Shown: piece by piece, positions 38,517 through 39,917 of the stretch | How the letters are laid out: each line of letters starts with the position of its first letter | Numbering within the stretch: the first letter of the stretch is position 1 | Made by a program: the position numbers and the translations under genes | NCBI GenBank assembly: GCA_963205375.1 | Contig: CAUJJV010000020.1 | Location: 1-39,917 of the forward strand | DNA: 39,917 bases | Reading direction: 5' to 3' | Source: Pseudomonadota bacterium | Lineage (GTDB): Bacteria > Pseudomonadota > Gammaproteobacteria > Burkholderiales > Burkholderiaceae_C | Notes under the pieces: generated by a model | The model's input: the letters and a program-made list of their open reading frames with translations, nothing else | The model's database searches: none | Told to the model about the DNA's origin: nothing

Positions 38517-39917
38517 ATGGCATTTCCAAATCAGCAAGCAGTGACGTACAACGATACTGTTGTGCGTCAGTTCACCATCATGACGGTGGTCTGGGGGGTT
38601 GTAGGCATGCTGGTCGGCGTGATCATCGCCGCCCAACTCGCTTGGCCCGAATTGAATCTGGGCATTCCATGGCTTAGTTACGGTCGACTGCGACCGCTGC
38701 ATACCAACGCGGTGATTTTTGCGTTTGGCGGTTGCGGGCTGTTCGCAACATCGTTTTATGTCGTACAGCGAACCTGCCACGTACGCCTGTTCAGCGACAA
38801 ACTGGCGTCGTTCGTTTTTTGGGGTTGGCAGTTGGTCATTTTGGCTGCTGTGGTGTCTTTGCCATTGGGTTACACCCAGGGTAAAGAGTACGCCGAACTC
38901 GAGTGGCCCATCGATATCCTGATCACGCTGGTCTGGGTGTCTTACGCCATCGTTTTCTTTGGAACAGTGGGTACCCGCAAGGTCAAGCACATTTATGTGG
39001 CCAACTGGTTCTTTGGTGCCTTCATTCTTGCTGTGGCTCTTCTGCACCTGGTCAACAGCGCTGCCATTCCCGCTGACGCAATGAAGTCTTACTCGGCGTA
39101 CGCCGGTGTGCAGGACGCCATGGTTCAGTGGTGGTACGGTCACAATGCGGTGGGCTTCTTCCTGACCGCTGGCTTCCTGGGCATGATGTACTACTTCATC
39201 CCCAAGCAGGCTGGTCGCCCGGTGTACAGCTACCGCCTGTCCATCGTCCATTTCTGGGCGCTGATCTTCACTTACATGTGGGCAGGTCCTCACCACCTGC
39301 ACTACACCGCGTTGCCTGACTGGACCCAGTCCGTTGGTATGGTGTTTTCCCTGATTCTTCTGGCTCCCAGCTGGGGCGGCATGATCAACGGCATCATGAC
39401 GCTGTCTGGCGCATGGCACAAGCTGCGTGACGATCCCATCCTGCGCTTCCTGATCGTGTCACTGTCCTTCTACGGCATGTCCACTTTCGAAGGCCCGATG
39501 ATGTCCATCAAGACAGTCAACGCCTTGAGCCATTACACCGACTGGACTGTAGGCCACGTGCACTCCGGTGCTTTGGGCTGGGTCGGTTTGGTCACCATGG
39601 GTTCGATGTACTACCTGATTCCGCGCCTGTTCGGTCAGAAACAGATGTATAGCGTCAAGGCCATTGAGGTGCATTTCTGGACCGCCACTATTGGTATCGT
39701 GATCTACATCGCAGCCATGTGGATTGCCGGCGTGATGCAGGGCCTGATGTGGCGTGCTGTCAACGCCGACGGCACCCTGACCTATACCTTTGTGGAGTCC
39801 GTCAAGGCAACCTTCCCCTTCTATGTGCTGCGGTTGACCGGTGGTTTGCTTTATTTGAGCGGCATGCTGATCATGCTGTGGAACACCCTGAAGACCGCAA
39901 CGGCGGGTCGTGCCGTC
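38517..39917 (+). CDS. ccoN: cbb3-type cytochrome c oxidase subunit I (runs off the right edge)
   Basis: Not in the ORF track. [19 protein letters not shown]..., [50 protein letters not shown] and [10 protein letters not shown]. Confidence 0.97.
   Translation, partial: MAFPNQQAVTYNDTVVRQFTIMTVVWGVVGMLVGVIIAAQLAWPELNLGIPWLSYGRLRPLHTNAVIFAFGGCGLFATSFYVVQRTCHVRLFSDKLASFVFWGWQLVILAAVVSLPLGYTQGKEYAELEWPIDILITLVWVSYAIVFFGTVGTRKVKHIYVANWFFGAFILAVALLHLVNSAAIPADAMKSYSAYAGVQDAMVQWWYGHNAVGFFLTAGFLGMMYYFIPKQAGRPVYSYRLSIVHFWALIFTYMWAGPHHLHYTALPDWTQSVGMVFSLILLAPSWGGMINGIMTLSGAWHKLRDDPILRFLIVSLSFYGMSTFEGPMMSIKTVNALSHYTDWTVGHVHSGALGWVGLVTMGSMYYLIPRLFGQKQMYSVKAIEVHFWTATIGIVIYIAAMWIAGVMQGLMWRAVNADGTLTYTFVESVKATFPFYVLRLTGGLLYLSGMLIMLWNTLKTATAGRAV

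Overview
Core-chromosome segment of a GC-rich betaproteobacterium. Gene order and protein style suggest Comamonadaceae, Rhodoferax-like; this is an inference. Contents in order: partial hppA divergent from ppa; alpha/beta hydrolase; orphan cheW; DUF482-type GNAT; nadE-glnB; dgkA; an ECF sigma-DUF3619-DUF3106-RDD operon; ilvI-ilvH-ilvC; pssA; leuA with an unannotated Leu leader peptide/attenuator; PBP7; IclR; aat-bpt; tRNA-Pro(UGG) and tRNA-Arg(UCU); class I fumarase-murI; acs; cytochrome c; lgt-Bug-crotonase-matB; a FIST / hybrid PAS kinase / REC-HD-GYP signalling trio; USP; and ccoI-ccoS-ccoN (partial) with perfect FNR boxes. No transposase, integrase, prophage or CRISPR is visible. The most unusual signal is a ~55-64 bp fixed-spacing motif (A-N2-T-N9-GCCCNCGT-N2-A-N3-TGC-N7-GCT-N3-A-N7-AGC) found five times and aligning without gaps. 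Four copies are translated in frame inside unrelated genes (GNAT, nadE, murI, crotonase), and the fifth supplies the USP stop codon. All gene calls come from motif recognition by eye, not database searches.
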